A DNA stretch of 64,000 bases from Hormiphora californensis (GCA_020137815.1 CM035355.1:4216001-4280000), one strand, 5' to 3'; shown: positions 24,801-38,200, numbered from the stretch's first letter. Numbers and translations are program-made. The notes: generated by a model from the letters alone, not told the origin.

Positions 24801-26652
24801 GTTGATAATATAACGTAAAGGAAGGGAAGCTTTGTGGGGTAGGTTTATAAGCTGGGTGGTGCGATAAGAGAGTCACAAGGTTTTATCAAGAGATAATTTC
24901 ATTTGTAAAATGAAACTTGGGTCACGTGATCAGCAAGCCATGTACCTGCAGTCAGGACTCAGCAGGTGAAAATACCACGTACTATTAGAGTCCACATCAC
25001 ATGAGCTGGTTATCTTCTTGAAGTACAGCTTCGGAACAATCAATGAACATACCCCCTCCCATATATACAACGAGATATTGTTCACATCTGATTGGTTTTG
25101 ATATAACTCGGTGAAGTTTGTTCAGAAACAACCCGTGCTCCATGGTTTTGCAGTTGCAATGTTATCGATATGTCTATGACGTGTTCGTGACGCATTTATT
25201 CACTTTGACGTGTTCTATTCACATACTAGGTGGGGACATACTTATATAATGTACCTTAAATTTATTATCTTGTACGTGTGTGATCACATTGAGCCACACC
25301 TAGTGGTTTGAGATTTGTGACCCCCTTCCCCCGTCTACTGCTAGTAGAAACATTGGTCAATATAATGAATGAAGGTTTGTGGTATAATACCTCTTACGGT
25401 ATTGCGGTTAGTGCTCCCATCCCTTCTCTCTCTAGAGTGTCCCAACACCCCATCCCTTCTCTCTCTAGAGTTACTTACGTGCTTGCGATGCAGTGCAAGA
25501 ACTGTGCACCACGTAGCACCACCATCCCTATGAAGGAGCACACCACAAAAACCTGAAAAGAGTACGAATTGTAAATTACAGTCGGACCCCGATTTAGTGG
25601 CACCCCGATTTAGTGGCACCCCGATTTAGTGGCAGGATTTTTTTCCCCCAAAAATTTTTTGAAATTTTTTTGTGAAATTTTTTTGAAAATTTTTCAAAGG
25701 AAAACCAGCCAAGTCCGAATCGTGTTTCGAATCAGTGCATCTTATCGCATGTCCTGCTGCTAATTAGACAGTTCGGAACGAACCGAAACGTGATCCCCAT
25801 CGAATCGAAATTTTGACGCTTGGTAAACATGTGATTCGATGGCCCCATGGGGATCACGTATCGGTTCGTTCCGAACCGTCTAATTAGCAGCAGGACATCC
25901 AGTAAGCTGCACCGATTCGAAACACAAATCGGACGGGCTGGTTTAACTTAGAGAATTTTCCAAAAATTTTATAGTTTTCTTTTTCTAATCAGAAAGGATC
26001 TGCAGGTCATTAATACTTGAATATTGCATATAACAGTTAGAGGTGTCTTTAGTCTTAGTATAGCATTTCGGGCATAAAATAGGTTTTTATGGGCCAAATA
26101 TGGCTCACCCCGATTTAGTGGCACCCCGATTTAGTGGCAGGATTGTTTTCCCCCGAGGATGCCACTAAATCGGGGTCCGACTGTACTTAACAAAAACCTG
26201 ATGGAAACTGAAAAAGTTAAGTCAATTTTAGGAGGGATGAACAACAACGATGCACTATGCAGTAAAATATTCAGAGTATACAATGAGAGAAAGAAAGTTT
26301 AGTCCCACGGTCGCTTGTAGTGGGAAAACGGTAATAGAAAACGAAGATACAGTAAGACGACGCACAACCGTGACCAATCAGGGCGCTAGTACGTGCTGAC
26401 ACATGAACTTTTTGCCCCGCGTTATGCACCGTGCGTGTCTCCTTACTGTATTTTGCGTTACCGTATTTTGACTGCAAGCAGCACTGTCCTGTTGTAACGA
26501 CTTACAGCTACTTACTGTATAAACGGAGTTCAGGGTGATGGCATGGACACACAGTTCACCATGTTTGATAACATAAAGCAGCAGTGTGAAAGACATCAGT
26601 AGGGAGAGGGCCCCTATAACCAACACAATGTGATATTCTAACGGACCGTGTC
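21826..26652 (-). CDS. OST-alpha (SLC51A)/TMEM184 family transporter; 5' end unresolved
   Basis: Exons give HIVLVIGALSLLMSFTLLLYVIKH, VFVVCSFIGMVVLRGAQFLHCIAST|YEAVCCWAFYRLILSYL, KLLSLMVGQVVVVQ, RKFVVFKILIGVSKF, matching Solute_trans_a motifs (YEA...F..L...YL; KF...K); the segment 23030-22670 does not read in one frame. Confidence 0.72.
23413..24792 (-). CDS. Prosaposin-like protein (signal peptide, SapA, two SapB domains), 5 exons, nested in the OST-alpha intron
   Basis: MKFVVAFAALVCVASA; SapA RCHEGPSYWCENEETATECAAMEFCAQNFW; SapB CKACT...LCNYIPATYTQTCKDMVLEYG...LVCTAMGQC; second SapB CAPCKQ...VCEEMEMC*. Confidence 0.9.
25579..26183. mobile_element. CAGTCGG-family MITE
   Basis: TA|CAGTCGGACCCCG...CGGGGTCCGACTG|TA; interior homologous to 887-1730. 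Confidence 0.9.
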
Positions 26653-28028
26653 CTGAAAAGGAAGGAGTTTCAAGACATGAAGCGTATCGAAACAAGTATA
26701 CCTTGGCATACGCTGCAGGCCCCTCTAACTAATTGGTGAAGGAATTAGCTGGTATAAAAAAATTCCTAATCGTAGGGCTCTGGTCCCTTACTAAACGTTG
26801 TGGGAGTACGATGGGAAATTGGGTTCAGAACACACTGTTACAGTGTGTTCTAAACCCAATTGGGGACTGTTATAGCCCATGTTAATTAAAACAAGAACCT
26901 AATATTCAAAGGAAGTAATTTTGATATCTCCTTCTGGTGATCAACACACACACACGCCCTCTGTACAACAGTTTAATGGGGAATCTCACACATACACGGG
27001 CAGAACTCGGTTAAGGAGAGATTAATTAGTATTCTGAATTCTGGTTCAATTCCCGGTCAAACCCAGTATTTTTCGATTTTCTTCCCTATTTAATTCTTGC
27101 TCTGAACTCTTTATTCAGAATACTAATATTCAAAAGATCACAATTCTCTATTACCTAGGACGCCCATTGATGAGGGGACTGTAATGATACATGCGTTCAT
27201 TCCTCCGACTAATGCAATGGGAAATGTATATGCAATATAAATGGATCAAACACTGTTGTTGAGTAACATTAACTGTGTAATGCCTCAACACTCGCACCAA
27301 GAGTAACAGAGTCAAAATCTAAAACACAACACCAAATACACCAACAATCGCAACAATTTCATTGCATGGAACTGAAATATTGAATTGGTCTACTTTTGCC
27401 AAACGAGAAATCAATGTGGTGTGTACAACAGCTGCACAGTAGATTAATATGGCTTAGAAAGATAGCGGGGTGGGTGAGGAAGATTGATTGTAACATACCC
27501 TATACAAAGAAAGTAGTACACTATTGACGCACCAAATTATATGTCGTCTGTGTGTGTATGAGATGGATCATTTGACTGTAGCAATCAGTAAAGACAATAC
27601 ACCTCTCTGACATACACACACGTGGTCTGACACACAGATACACTATAATATAGGATCGTGCCATTATACACACATACAACATATTCACTAGATACTTTTC
27701 ACACACCTGTACCTACTGTTATAACAGCTGTGAGTTCTATAGAACAATTTCCAGTGCGGCATTTAGATCTCCCTAATCACTTATGCCCCAAAATGACTCA
27801 TGATCTACCTTTTTGATTTCTAAATAGTTCACCTACTACCATCTCAAGCAGACTAATGAATCTATTAATTTAAATTCTTCTGCACTGCCACTGGGTTTGT
27901 GGTGCAGTTCAGTGGACAATGACTCGTTACCGCGAATAACAATGGTATTTTGATGATTTAAACAACAGATCGTGCCACCACCATGTAAAATGTAAATTCT
28001 GGTCGCAGTTCAGAAAATAGTAGTCGTC

Positions 28029-28966
28029 ATGATTCGTTTAATCGTGACCCTCTGTGCTCTATTGCTGCTTATCAATCAAGGAGAAGGGACGACATCTGGT
28101 AAGACTTGTAAAATGTTGCTTAGATCGTGCTGTCTTGTTCAGACTCGTGCGGTCTCCGGAACAAACCGTTCTGTCATGGTACTATTCGGGCCACCACGCT
28201 TTTATCACTGCGCTGGCAAGCACAATTAGTTTGCCATTCCAGCTCCTCCAAAAGCCATGCATGTTTATTATTTTCCCTTCTTCAGATTACCTAGAAGATA
28301 TCAGAAACATCGATACAGACAAATCCTGTAAGCAAGGGACCCACGAAAACTGCTATTCCAAATGCTCTGATTCATACGAAGCGGGCTTCACTTTCAGTTT
28401 TGGTGACGGAGCATTCGTCCACTACATCTCCCTATCCTCTCTGTCCCTCAACACCTTTTCAGTTGTAACAATCAGTTACAATCCCGTGAACGCCAGTAAA
28501 ACAGCAGAGGAGCGTCAAGGGAAAGTGGGTGATTCGGCTGTCATTTTGGTAAGAGAGGATGCGAGGAGTATCAATGTTTCTTCTTTCTACTGTTTGTTTG
28601 ATGAATCTACTGAGCTGAGATGGGAGAATGTGTGGAGTAATGCATTCAATGAAACTGCTGTTGAAGGTACGACGCAAATAATCACTGGCTTACCAAATCG
28701 AGCCCTTAAGAATCTTAAGGGCTCTTTGGTAAATGGTAACGCACATTTTACAGGAGTTTCAGACTGCCCCTAAACTTACCCATTTACATTTCCAGACTAA
28801 ACCCATACATTCTCACCGCGACTAAAACATTTCCAGGCACCTAAACATGCTCATTTCCATTCAGGTCTGTGTGAGGAGGGCAGTTATAGAAACACCACGA
28901 CTTGGAGTTGTGAGACATGCCCCTCTACTGATCCCATGCCTGCAGCATGTACCTATCATGATCCAG
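28029..28966 (+). CDS. Secreted Cys-containing protein cassette A (signal exon, ~127-aa domain exon, Cys-rich ephrin-receptor-like exon); 3' end unresolved
   Basis: MIRLIVTLCALLLLINQGEG; exon 28286-28666; exon 28865-28966 LCEEGSYRNTTTWSCETCP; all introns phase 1. Confidence 0.7.
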
Positions 28967-29381
28967 GTTAGTTTTGTTGAGGGGTAACAAGGTTAGATAG
29001 TAGTTGCTGAACGGTGATTGTTTGTTAGTTGAAGAACTGGTTTTGGCACTGGTTAAACTATTGTAAAACTGGCTGTTTTGTTTGCTCCACGCAGTCTAAC
29101 TGACAAGTATCATAAAACATGATGTAAGCATCATAAAACATAATACAGGATGATTTTATCTTAGCAGAATTCTCATGTTGTCTGGGGCAGAGTAGTGATC
29201 TTGTGGTCCTGGAGAGGAGAGGGGGGGGTCCAAGGAGAGATCCTTATTCTTAACCATTAAAATATCTCAAAGCAGCTCTGGTTTTTTTGAACTCGGGACC
29301 TACCGCACAGGTTCTTAGCATTTGTCCTGAGGAGAAAAGCTAAGCACCTTTGTCTGGATTAAAACCACACCTCCCTCTCCA

Positions 29382-29479
<98 letters not shown>

Positions 29480-29491
29480 ATTCCACCCGTA

Positions 29492-30308
29492 ATGGCCGCA
29501 TGGAATCTGACTCATCACCATTTTTCCCGATCTGTTATGCTGCTTTTGTTGGCCGTGCTCTGCGCTGGTGAGTGAGATGGGGAATTTTTAATAATATTTT
29601 TTAATTTAATAAATAATCTTTAGATTATCATGCTTATTATCATCTAGGTGTCCTGCCGACGAGTGCGAGTGACTTGGGATTTGATGTTTTTAAGATATCA
29701 AGCGGAAATGAGTGTATTAGTACCCAAAGCTGTACTGACGACTGCCAGGAGGAGTCTGCCGGTTTCAAGGTTGTGTTTAAGAGACCAAAGTTCATCCGAT
29801 ACGTAAAGCCGACTCTGTCTGGTGGCGAGGTTGAAGAGTTCGACATTGAAGTTAACAGAACATACTGGCCAAGTGGAGACTTTGAGGTGGAACCTATTTC
29901 TAACAAACTCTCGATATTAAGTTTTTATGGAAAAGTTTATTCAAATTTCAGTATGTCTATCGGATGTCACTCGATGTCAAGTTTGTCATGGACAAATATC
30001 GATGATTTGAACAACTATATATACGGTAAGAAGGTTAACATGTGTGTTTTTGTTGAGACTGTACAATGTACAGCCAATTTAGCTAGATACTGGATTTATA
30101 TTTCAATTTCAAGTCGATTTGGCAAAAATAGCACACCCTACTGTACAATCAGTACATGTGATGTAGCAATGACAAATTCCCCCCTTGCCAGATACTTGCT
30201 CGCCTGGATATTTCCGGAACGAAACCAGATGTGATGTCTGTCCCGATGGAACTACGTCTCTAGTAGAGGAGGCGAGTGGTTGTACACAGATACCCCTAAA
30301 TGACACAG
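29492..30308 (+). CDS. Secreted Cys-containing protein cassette B, paralogous layout to A; 3' end unresolved
   Basis: MAAWN...MLLLLAVLCA|; domain exon C..(T/E).C...C...(E/S)AGF...F....F(V/I).Y; exon 30192-30308 CSPGYFRNETRCDVCPDGTTSLVEEASGC (GCC2/GCC3-type repeat); phase-1 introns. Confidence 0.7.
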
Positions 30309-30584
30309 GTAATGTATTACCATATTTGGTAAGATGTGGTAATATGACATGTGTCTTACCATATTTGGTAAGATGTGGTAAGAGATATTATGTGTTTGTT
30401 GTTTGTTGTATGTCAAACAGAGCAGGGCAACTGTTTGGCAAAACATTATATTACTACCAACTTACATTTCAGTACACAACCAAATTGTGTCTTTAAAGTT
30501 TTAAAATTTAACGAACTATCATCCTCACTAAATCACACACATCATTTCAAACACGAACTATAGTTTGTATACAGTTCAGTACGT

Positions 30585-31442
30585 TTACCAAGTCTCCGGT
30601 TTTCCGGTAGGGAATTTAATCTTGCACATTTTCTCCAACGCTCGCAGCATTATTTGCGCTGAGGCACTCTCATTTATATCAGCCAGTGCACGCTCCGTCT
30701 TCACGGCATCAAACGCAGCCGGGTTCGCTTTAAAGGGAGCCACATGCTTCTCCAGTTCTGCAACTCCATCTTTGAGCGTCAAATGTTGCACCTCCATGTC
30801 CTTACAGAGGATTTTACCTAGATCCGCTCCCGCGTTGATGATGTTCCCCGCACTTGCGATAAAGGTGTCTTGGATGCTCCCCAACACCGTGGATGTCGTA
30901 TCCAGGACCTCCTCGAATGAGGCCAGGGCGGTCCCCATTCCACAGCCACAATCCATCCGGTACAAGCACAACCCAATGTTACAGTTGTGGCCCAATGCGG
31001 GTGGGATCTCAGTTGCGTTGCGGGTATCGACATACCCCACAAATACTGTGATTGCAGACGCTGGGTTCTCAACTGCCACAGAGTACCCCAGATCGGTCGC
31101 AGCCCACATGGCGTGCCCGTAGATTTGCCCCGGAGATGCCGGAGAGATGTAGTCATTAGGGTTAGAATACACCTTGGTGTTATCGCGGAAGCTTGGTATT
31201 TTGTTCTCGGGGTCCTCGTACCACTTCCTCAAATCAGACTCCATATCCACCGGGTTGTTGACACGATCCCCCCTATCAAAAACAAACCCACCCTCACTCC
31301 ACAAGTTCTTCACTTCGGGCTCTACGAATTTCGCAGCCGGTTCCTTCTTCTTCTTCTTTTTCTTCTTTTTTGCTCCTTCCACATCGAGAATGAGGGTGCC
31401 AAGGAGGACCAGCAGCACCAGCAGCTTGGCGAATAGCGACAT
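30585..31442 (-). CDS. Intronless secreted protein of unknown function (285 aa)
   Basis: Uninterrupted ORF, hydrophobic signal peptide ending VEG-A followed by K9, Cys cluster CNIGLCLYRMDCGCG. Confidence 0.75.
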   Translation of the reverse strand: MSLFAKLLVLLVLLGTLILDVEGAKKKKKKKKKEPAAKFVEPEVKNLWSEGGFVFDRGDRVNNPVDMESDLRKWYEDPENKIPSFRDNTKVYSNPNDYISPASPGQIYGHAMWAATDLGYSVAVENPASAITVFVGYVDTRNATEIPPALGHNCNIGLCLYRMDCGCGMGTALASFEEVLDTTSTVLGSIQDTFIASAGNIINAGADLGKILCKDMEVQHLTLKDGVAELEKHVAPFKANPAAFDAVKTERALADINESASAQIMLRALEKMCKIKFPTGKPETW

Positions 31443-32206
31443 CTTGGACGAGACGAATTGAACAATTGTAGGATTGAGTGATCCCCTTCTTTTCTGAGAG
31501 GGGGACCCCTTTTAGCATGCATCAAGGGTCTGACGTTGGAGCTTGTTTGATAACAAATTGATTTGCGAAATGGAAATGCTCCTTAGGTAAAGGCACCATG
31601 TCCAATGATATATTATGAGGTATGCATGATTCCAATGATCTATGAGGTACCTTGGGTATGATATCCCCCCTTCTTCTATCCTCCTGCGCTGTCTCTCTCA
31701 TGTTATCGCGCACGCTACGTTTAGTTCCCAAAAAGAGAGGGGACACTGTACCCAATGAGGTACTGGTAGGTGAGATAGTCATATGACCAGTAAAAGTAGA
31801 AAACGCAAAGTTTTGAGAAGGTGGCAATAACTTAAAATTAACATATTATTATTTACACTCTTGGTTATTAAACATCAGGAAATTTACACTTTTTGATATA
31901 CAAAACTCATCGGGATATATTTACACTGTTAGACTTTGTTACAAATCTTATTCTCTCTTTAAAACAGGATAAGGATTCAAAAGAATCTAAAAATTCGGTT
32001 ATCTCTCTGCCCTGTCTCTCTTCCTTCCTTTCACTCTCAGCTGGGTCACTTTCAATGCAGACCATCAGGACTCTAAAAGTAACGTATTCTCCACAATTTT
32101 TACAACAAACTATAAAACTCTGACAATCAACTATAAAACTTGCTGACTGGGTCAAGTCAACAACTAAAAATGTGTCTTTGATTCTCAACTTATTCACTTG
32201 TGTGAC

Positions 32207-32282
32207 ACAAGTAAACAACCAATCAGAACTCGTTATTTAGGTCACGTGACTGGTTATCAGCCAATCAGGGACCAGTATTTCC
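32207..32282 (+). mobile_element. Short dispersed element with 28-bp flanking duplication
   Basis: TGATTCTCAAC(TT/GC)ATTCACTTGTGTGAC on both sides; core shared with 10639-10721. Confidence 0.8.
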
Positions 32283-32297
32283 TGATTCTCAACGCAT

Positions 32298-35200
32298 TCA
32301 CTTGTGTGACGTTGACATTATTGAAAGTCCGGTTGGCTCTCTGTCCGGGAGGGGTGGGTAGTCTTGTTCGTCATCATCATCATGGAATCCTTTTCCAGCA
32401 TGGCCCACTGAAGATTTCTTAACCCTCACCACTATAGCAACCACCAACATCGCCATGACAACCACACACGCACAAACACTAATGATAGCCAGCATCATCT
32501 TGGATGAGTCTTTAACAGGAACACAAACAGGCATGACACCGGTCAGTTCACCGTCAATACATTGGAGATAGCTCGTGGCATCACTTAGTTCATGGGTAGT
32601 ATAGCACTCCGGGGTTGCGGTCTTGCCTGACATCAGGAAGGTTGATTCAAAGAATCCGTTAGATATTTCCGGTAGGAGACATGCTTGTTCGGGGATGAGG
32701 GGTAGTCGCTGGAAGACCATGGGGAGGTTAGAGTACTGGGCTACACATGTGTAGTAACCCCAATCCTCCTCACTCAACTCCGAGATCTCGTAGCGGGACG
32801 TTACCATGGTCCCGTTTTGGGATACTTCCGTGGCCTCCTTTACCTCACTTCCCGCATACCAGAATGTGTGGGTAAGAGTGTCTGCGGAGTCGATCTCGCA
32901 TATCAGCTGGGTGGGGAATCCTATTGTGGGTCGAGAATCCACCGACATGGACCTGATACCATACGCCTCAACGGTAGTTGAAACAGTCATCACCTCTCCG
33001 TTCCTCACCACGGTTAGAGTCACCACGGTGTCCATGACAACGGGCCAGTTGAGCTTGCTGACAATGTACTCTCCCTCGATTGTGTGTGGAGCACCCTTGA
33101 CGGCCATCCCATTCACTGACCAGTGGTAGTCGACCCCGTACTGAGATAAAATGGGGACTCGCCCCTCGATCTCACAAATATCACCATACCCCACGCTCGA
33201 TGCACTCCTTGTCAAGGTAGTTTCAGACAGTACGGAGAGTATAGTTCGCTTCTGACAGTGACAAATCCGTAACCCTCGTACTCGATCTGGCAGGTGATCT
33301 CATGTGATCCGAGTTGAGATGCAGTTACCCTGGCAACGCTGAGAACCTCGCTCTCTGTTATGTAGGTGCTGGTGATATCGGTGATTTCAAGAGATCCTAC
33401 GCTCCATGAAATGGATGAGTTAACCTTCGGGGTAGTCGTAGAACTGGCAGGAGAGGATAGCGTAGTCGCCCTTGATTGTGGCAGTTGAAGTGGGTTCCAT
33501 GGTAATTCCAAGGGGAGAGAGTGATCGGACGGGGGACGTTGCAAGGGATGTACTGAAGATCGCTCCACAGGTCAGCTCTAAAACATCCAAATCTGAGAGA
33601 GTTGTGAAGTAGTACGTTGCTTGGGAGGTACCCGAGTAGTCATCGTATATCACATCCCGCTCCTCGTGGACAACGTCAGTCCTGACACGCCAGATAATCC
33701 TCTGGGGTGCGATCTGAGATTGTATCTCGCAATGGGCGATGAACCCATTCCTTGCAATAGCGAACCTCTCCGTGACCCTTACACTGTAGGGAATGTGTTT
33801 GGCCCATTTGGTCTTCATCTGGTGGATAGATCCCGTCACATTAGCAACACATCTCACGTACTCCCCGGTCTGAATCTCCAGGGTGGATTGCTGGATCAGA
33901 GGGTGAGGGGTGGATAGCGTGGTATAGGTTGGTTGTGATATCACGCTACCTGTCAACACCTCCCATTGGATCTCAGAGACATCAGATCCGTACAGAGAAC
34001 ACTGGAATGTTGCCGTACCAGAGGCAGTCATTGTGTCGGAGGGGTGAACCAGGAATCGCCGGACGGTCACCGCTGCTTCTTGGGTAAAGTAGCTCCCCGA
34101 GGCATCCTCCGCGAAACATTTCACCTTTTGGTCGGTTGTCAGGTCGTCCAGGATCAGGGTATTTCCCATTGTATCGGATACAAAGCCGTTTATAATCCAT
34201 TGAATAGTGGTGGTGGGATTGGAATGATTGCATTGCAGAGTGGCCGAGTCCCCGCTATTTACTGTCCCCGACACAGGGTGTGTTGTAAAGCCGTTATTAG
34301 CGAAGGTCACCGTTGCGGTAGCAGCCGTGTCAAACGACTCAAAGTAAGCATGACAATCGTACACTCCCGGAGAGTCCACTTCTAGGGTGGACAAGATGAC
34401 AGCATCAGAGGTAGTTTCCTGGCTTACCAGACTGTTTCCATCGCTGTCCAGCCACAGAATCTCCTGTGTCCCGACATTAGGAATAGAGCAGGAGAGGGTA
34501 GTGGTAGAGCCATGTGGAACTGTGGTTGAGCTGGGTTCGATTAGGAAGCCCAGAATGGTCAGGGACACTGGTTCAGATATAGAAACTCCCGTTTCAATGT
34601 ACTCTACATGACAGTAATATTCACCTGCATCTTGCACTGTTGCACTGTCAATCTCGTGAGTATGAAGCGCTGCCAGATCACTGGAAATGGTTGATTTACC
34701 AATCTTTTGCCCGTTTCGCATGAGAACCAACTTTCCGAGGTATCCGGAGGGTACAATCGCTGAGCAAGCTAGCTGTACGGAATCTCCAGTAGAGATGGTG
34801 GGTGTGGAGATAGTGATGGTAGGAGTCAACATTGTGACTGTGTTGGACGCACTGGTGAGAATCTCCCCGTTACCACGGGTGACGCTGCACTCGATCTTTG
34901 TCGTTTTTGTTACTTGAAGGCTCTTTGTACAGATCTGTCTGTCGAAATCATGTGTGACGGCTGATGAGCCAGCGCTAACCCCATCTACTACCCAGTTACA
35001 GTTCACAAACTGCTCCCCGCTCTCAACAAAGCAGGAAAGGGGCAGAGTGGTGTCCTGAACGACAAACTCAGGTGCCTCGGTTACAGTGATCCTGGTGCAG
35101 ATGGGCTCCTCGCCACATGGAACCACAACCTTCTGCTCTCCACTGGGTGTGGTGAAATCTTCATCGCACACCACGGTTACAGGAGAACCCTCAGGCACTA

Positions 35201-38200
35201 TTGTGTGATGTGGTGGGCTGGTGATCGAGTAGATGGGTTGTTCCACCTCACAGACAGCAACACAGAGCCCCTCGGATGTTGCTCCTTCATCAAGTGTGCT
35301 GGTTCCACCTGGACATGTTTTACACTGGTTGGAGCTCCCATCCATCTGGTAGGTTCCCCGTGGACAAGGCTCACACTGGTCGCTACTGATGTAGAATCCC
35401 TGAGGACAGGTGGTGCAGACACCATTGGTAGCGACAGCAAAACCGGTGCATGACATTGCACTGGTAACCTCACTACCATACAGATCGCTGGCATCAAGAG
35501 AGAATTCAGGTCCCTCATAATCACCAGCAACTGATCTCCTTCTGCGCTTGCTACTGATCAGAGCCCCATCACTACTAATCCTCCCGTTAGAATAGAGATA
35601 CTGCATGACAGGGAAGCTATTATCAGCAACAAAGTCTATTAATCTCCTCCATGGTCGTGTCTAGAGGATCCTGGTTCGTACATGCTAGTCGTCTGCCGGT
35701 ACTTAAAGGTGAACGTCATCTTGCCCCCACTAGTAGGAACACGTAAAGGAATCATCATCAAGTTGGACCGTATCCGGTACATAGGTCATGCTGGACTCTG
35801 CTGCTGCAGGCGTGGTAGGGATATGCAGCGAGGATGTACGGTCCGTAGGACTCCGTGCAGGAGAAAGGTAGGGTGTAACTGACAGTGAATGTACCCACGT
35901 ATGCAGCCGGGGTTGTAACCACCGTACACTCTGCGTTGGGAGTTGGCGTGCTATCCCAAACTCCATCAGTACAGGTGAAGGTCCGGGGAGAGGCCCTGCC
36001 CACATAGCCAGAGTCACACGTGACAGTACAGGTTTTAGTGTAGCTTGACCCTGAAGTGCAATCCAGGGTACCCCCTGTTGGGTCACTTAGTGTGGAGCAT
36101 GCCTCGATTATGGAAACAGTCGAGTAACTGTATTCGCTCGTCTTGGTAGATGAGGTGGTCGTATAGGTTGCCGCACAGGAGTAGGCCACTTTGCCGACCG
36201 CGCTGGTATCTGCCACGATGGCACTATACCCAAGACTCGAACTGATTGTGGTGAAGCTAGTTCCAGTGGCTGCCACGCCATCCTTCTTCCAGGAAACTGC
36301 AGTTGTCGAGACGGGTGAGATGTCCACCTTGCAGGTTAGCGTCAAGGCATCATCCACTGCGACTGTCTTGGAATCAGTTAGGGATGAGACCCCAAACATG
36401 TACACAGTAGCAGTATCGGATGTCATAGTTCCACCTGTTATGTCATCACTGTCAGCCCAGGTGGCGGTACAACTGTAATCTCCCTCGTCACTGGAAGAAG
36501 CATCATCAAGAGAGTACACAGAGGTAGCTTCTAACACATCGCTGGAAGATTCCAACAGATCGCTCGTCACACTGAGAGAGTATTTGGAGGTGTCCGCGGC
36601 TGAACCGTCCTTGGTCCAACGCACCACGGGTGTTGGGGGTCCCTCAGCTACACAGAACATCTTGAAATCACTACCCTGTGTGATATAAGTATCCACTGGT
36701 TGGGATGTGATGGACACTATATGGAGCGTCTTTGGTCCCGTGCTGAATATCTCCCCTGCCATATCCATGTAGCATTCAACTGTCCCCTCGTCAGAGGTTG
36801 TGACATCTGGGAAAACAAGGACTGAGGTTGTCTCCCTGCTAGTGGAGAAGTTGCTGTAGGTGTTGGTGACGGTGTTGACTGAGTTAGCGGACACCACATC
36901 GTCGTTATGGTACCACCTCACCGTTGTTGCGTCTACCGTTGCCACGCCAACGCACGTGATAGATATGGTTCCCCCGGTTACACCAACACTCCTACTGGGG
37001 AAGGAGATGATACCGTGGGCCAGCAGGTACGCTCCACTGCTGAATATAATGTTGTCGCTGTTTGAGATAGATTCGCTAGGCCCGTATTTCAGGTAGCAGG
37101 AGTATGTGCCGGTCATGGTGCTTTGAAGGTATGCCACCACTAGTTTAGAGACAGTAGCGGTGTCATTGGAGAAAGTCTGGACTGTTATGCCGACTTCGGG
37201 TTGATTTCCGTCTGTGAGCCATCCTGAGGTGACGATGTAATTGGCGGGAGGTGGGGAGCCAATGCACGTCATTGTAGCAGACTCTCCCGGGTTACCGCTC
37301 GCCGGGGATGGGTCAGTAGTGAATTCTCCCTCAACAGCCTGTACTACCACATCAACCGTTTGGTTTTCACCTCCCCGTTCCAAGGTGAAGGTACAGGTGA
37401 TATTCGCTGCTGCATAGTTGGTGAAGGTAGCAGTGCTGGTTGTTGTAAAGGATGACGTGTCAGAGGTTGCGTCTATAGTTCCACCGGTACTAACAGCCCA
37501 CGTGGTGGGAGCTGTAACAGTGTCAGTAGTTGTCATGGTAACCGAGATGTCGGCTGCCTCACCCGCCTTCCTCACACTATACTCCATGAAGTCGAGACTA
37601 TAACACTGGAACTCAGAGGTTGTCCCGTTGAAAGGCGTCTTCTTACCATCAGGGCAGTCGGTACAGTTCCAAGCGTTGTTCAGATTTTGGTAGGTGTCAA
37701 CTGGGCACTCGGTACAGGTAGCTAGACCATCGTCACCGACCTTGAAGTAAGACCCAGAGTAACAGTTTGATAGCACTGTAACAACGGACTCGACAGTGTG
37801 GTTATAGGTGCCATTGGTCACGGTGCAAGTGAAGGTTGTGGTGTCTGCTAGGGATACTTCAACGATGGATATTTGATTTGATATTCCACTCTGGTACCCG
37901 GAATCTGTGACATCTGGGGAGGATACTGAATCATCCCAGGACACGGACAACTCTGAAGAGAGGTCTTCCACGACGCAAGACACGGTTGCAACTTGCCCGC
38001 TGGAAACTTCCACAGACGTAGCTTCGATGGTAATGAAATCAACAAAAACTTGGGAAGACTTGCTGGCTCCATCCAATATGTAGGCACATGTAAAGTTTGT
38101 ATCTTCCAAAATCCCACCAGCACTGACAACCAGTTCACTGGTCTGATCGCCACTGTCGTAGGTGCCACCATCGATGCTAAAGTTACCTCCGTCACTCAGA

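Noticed and set aside
31522-31827. 101-aa minus-strand ORF between the Ig gene and the orphan gene
   Set aside because: TTG start, no domain or splice evidence.
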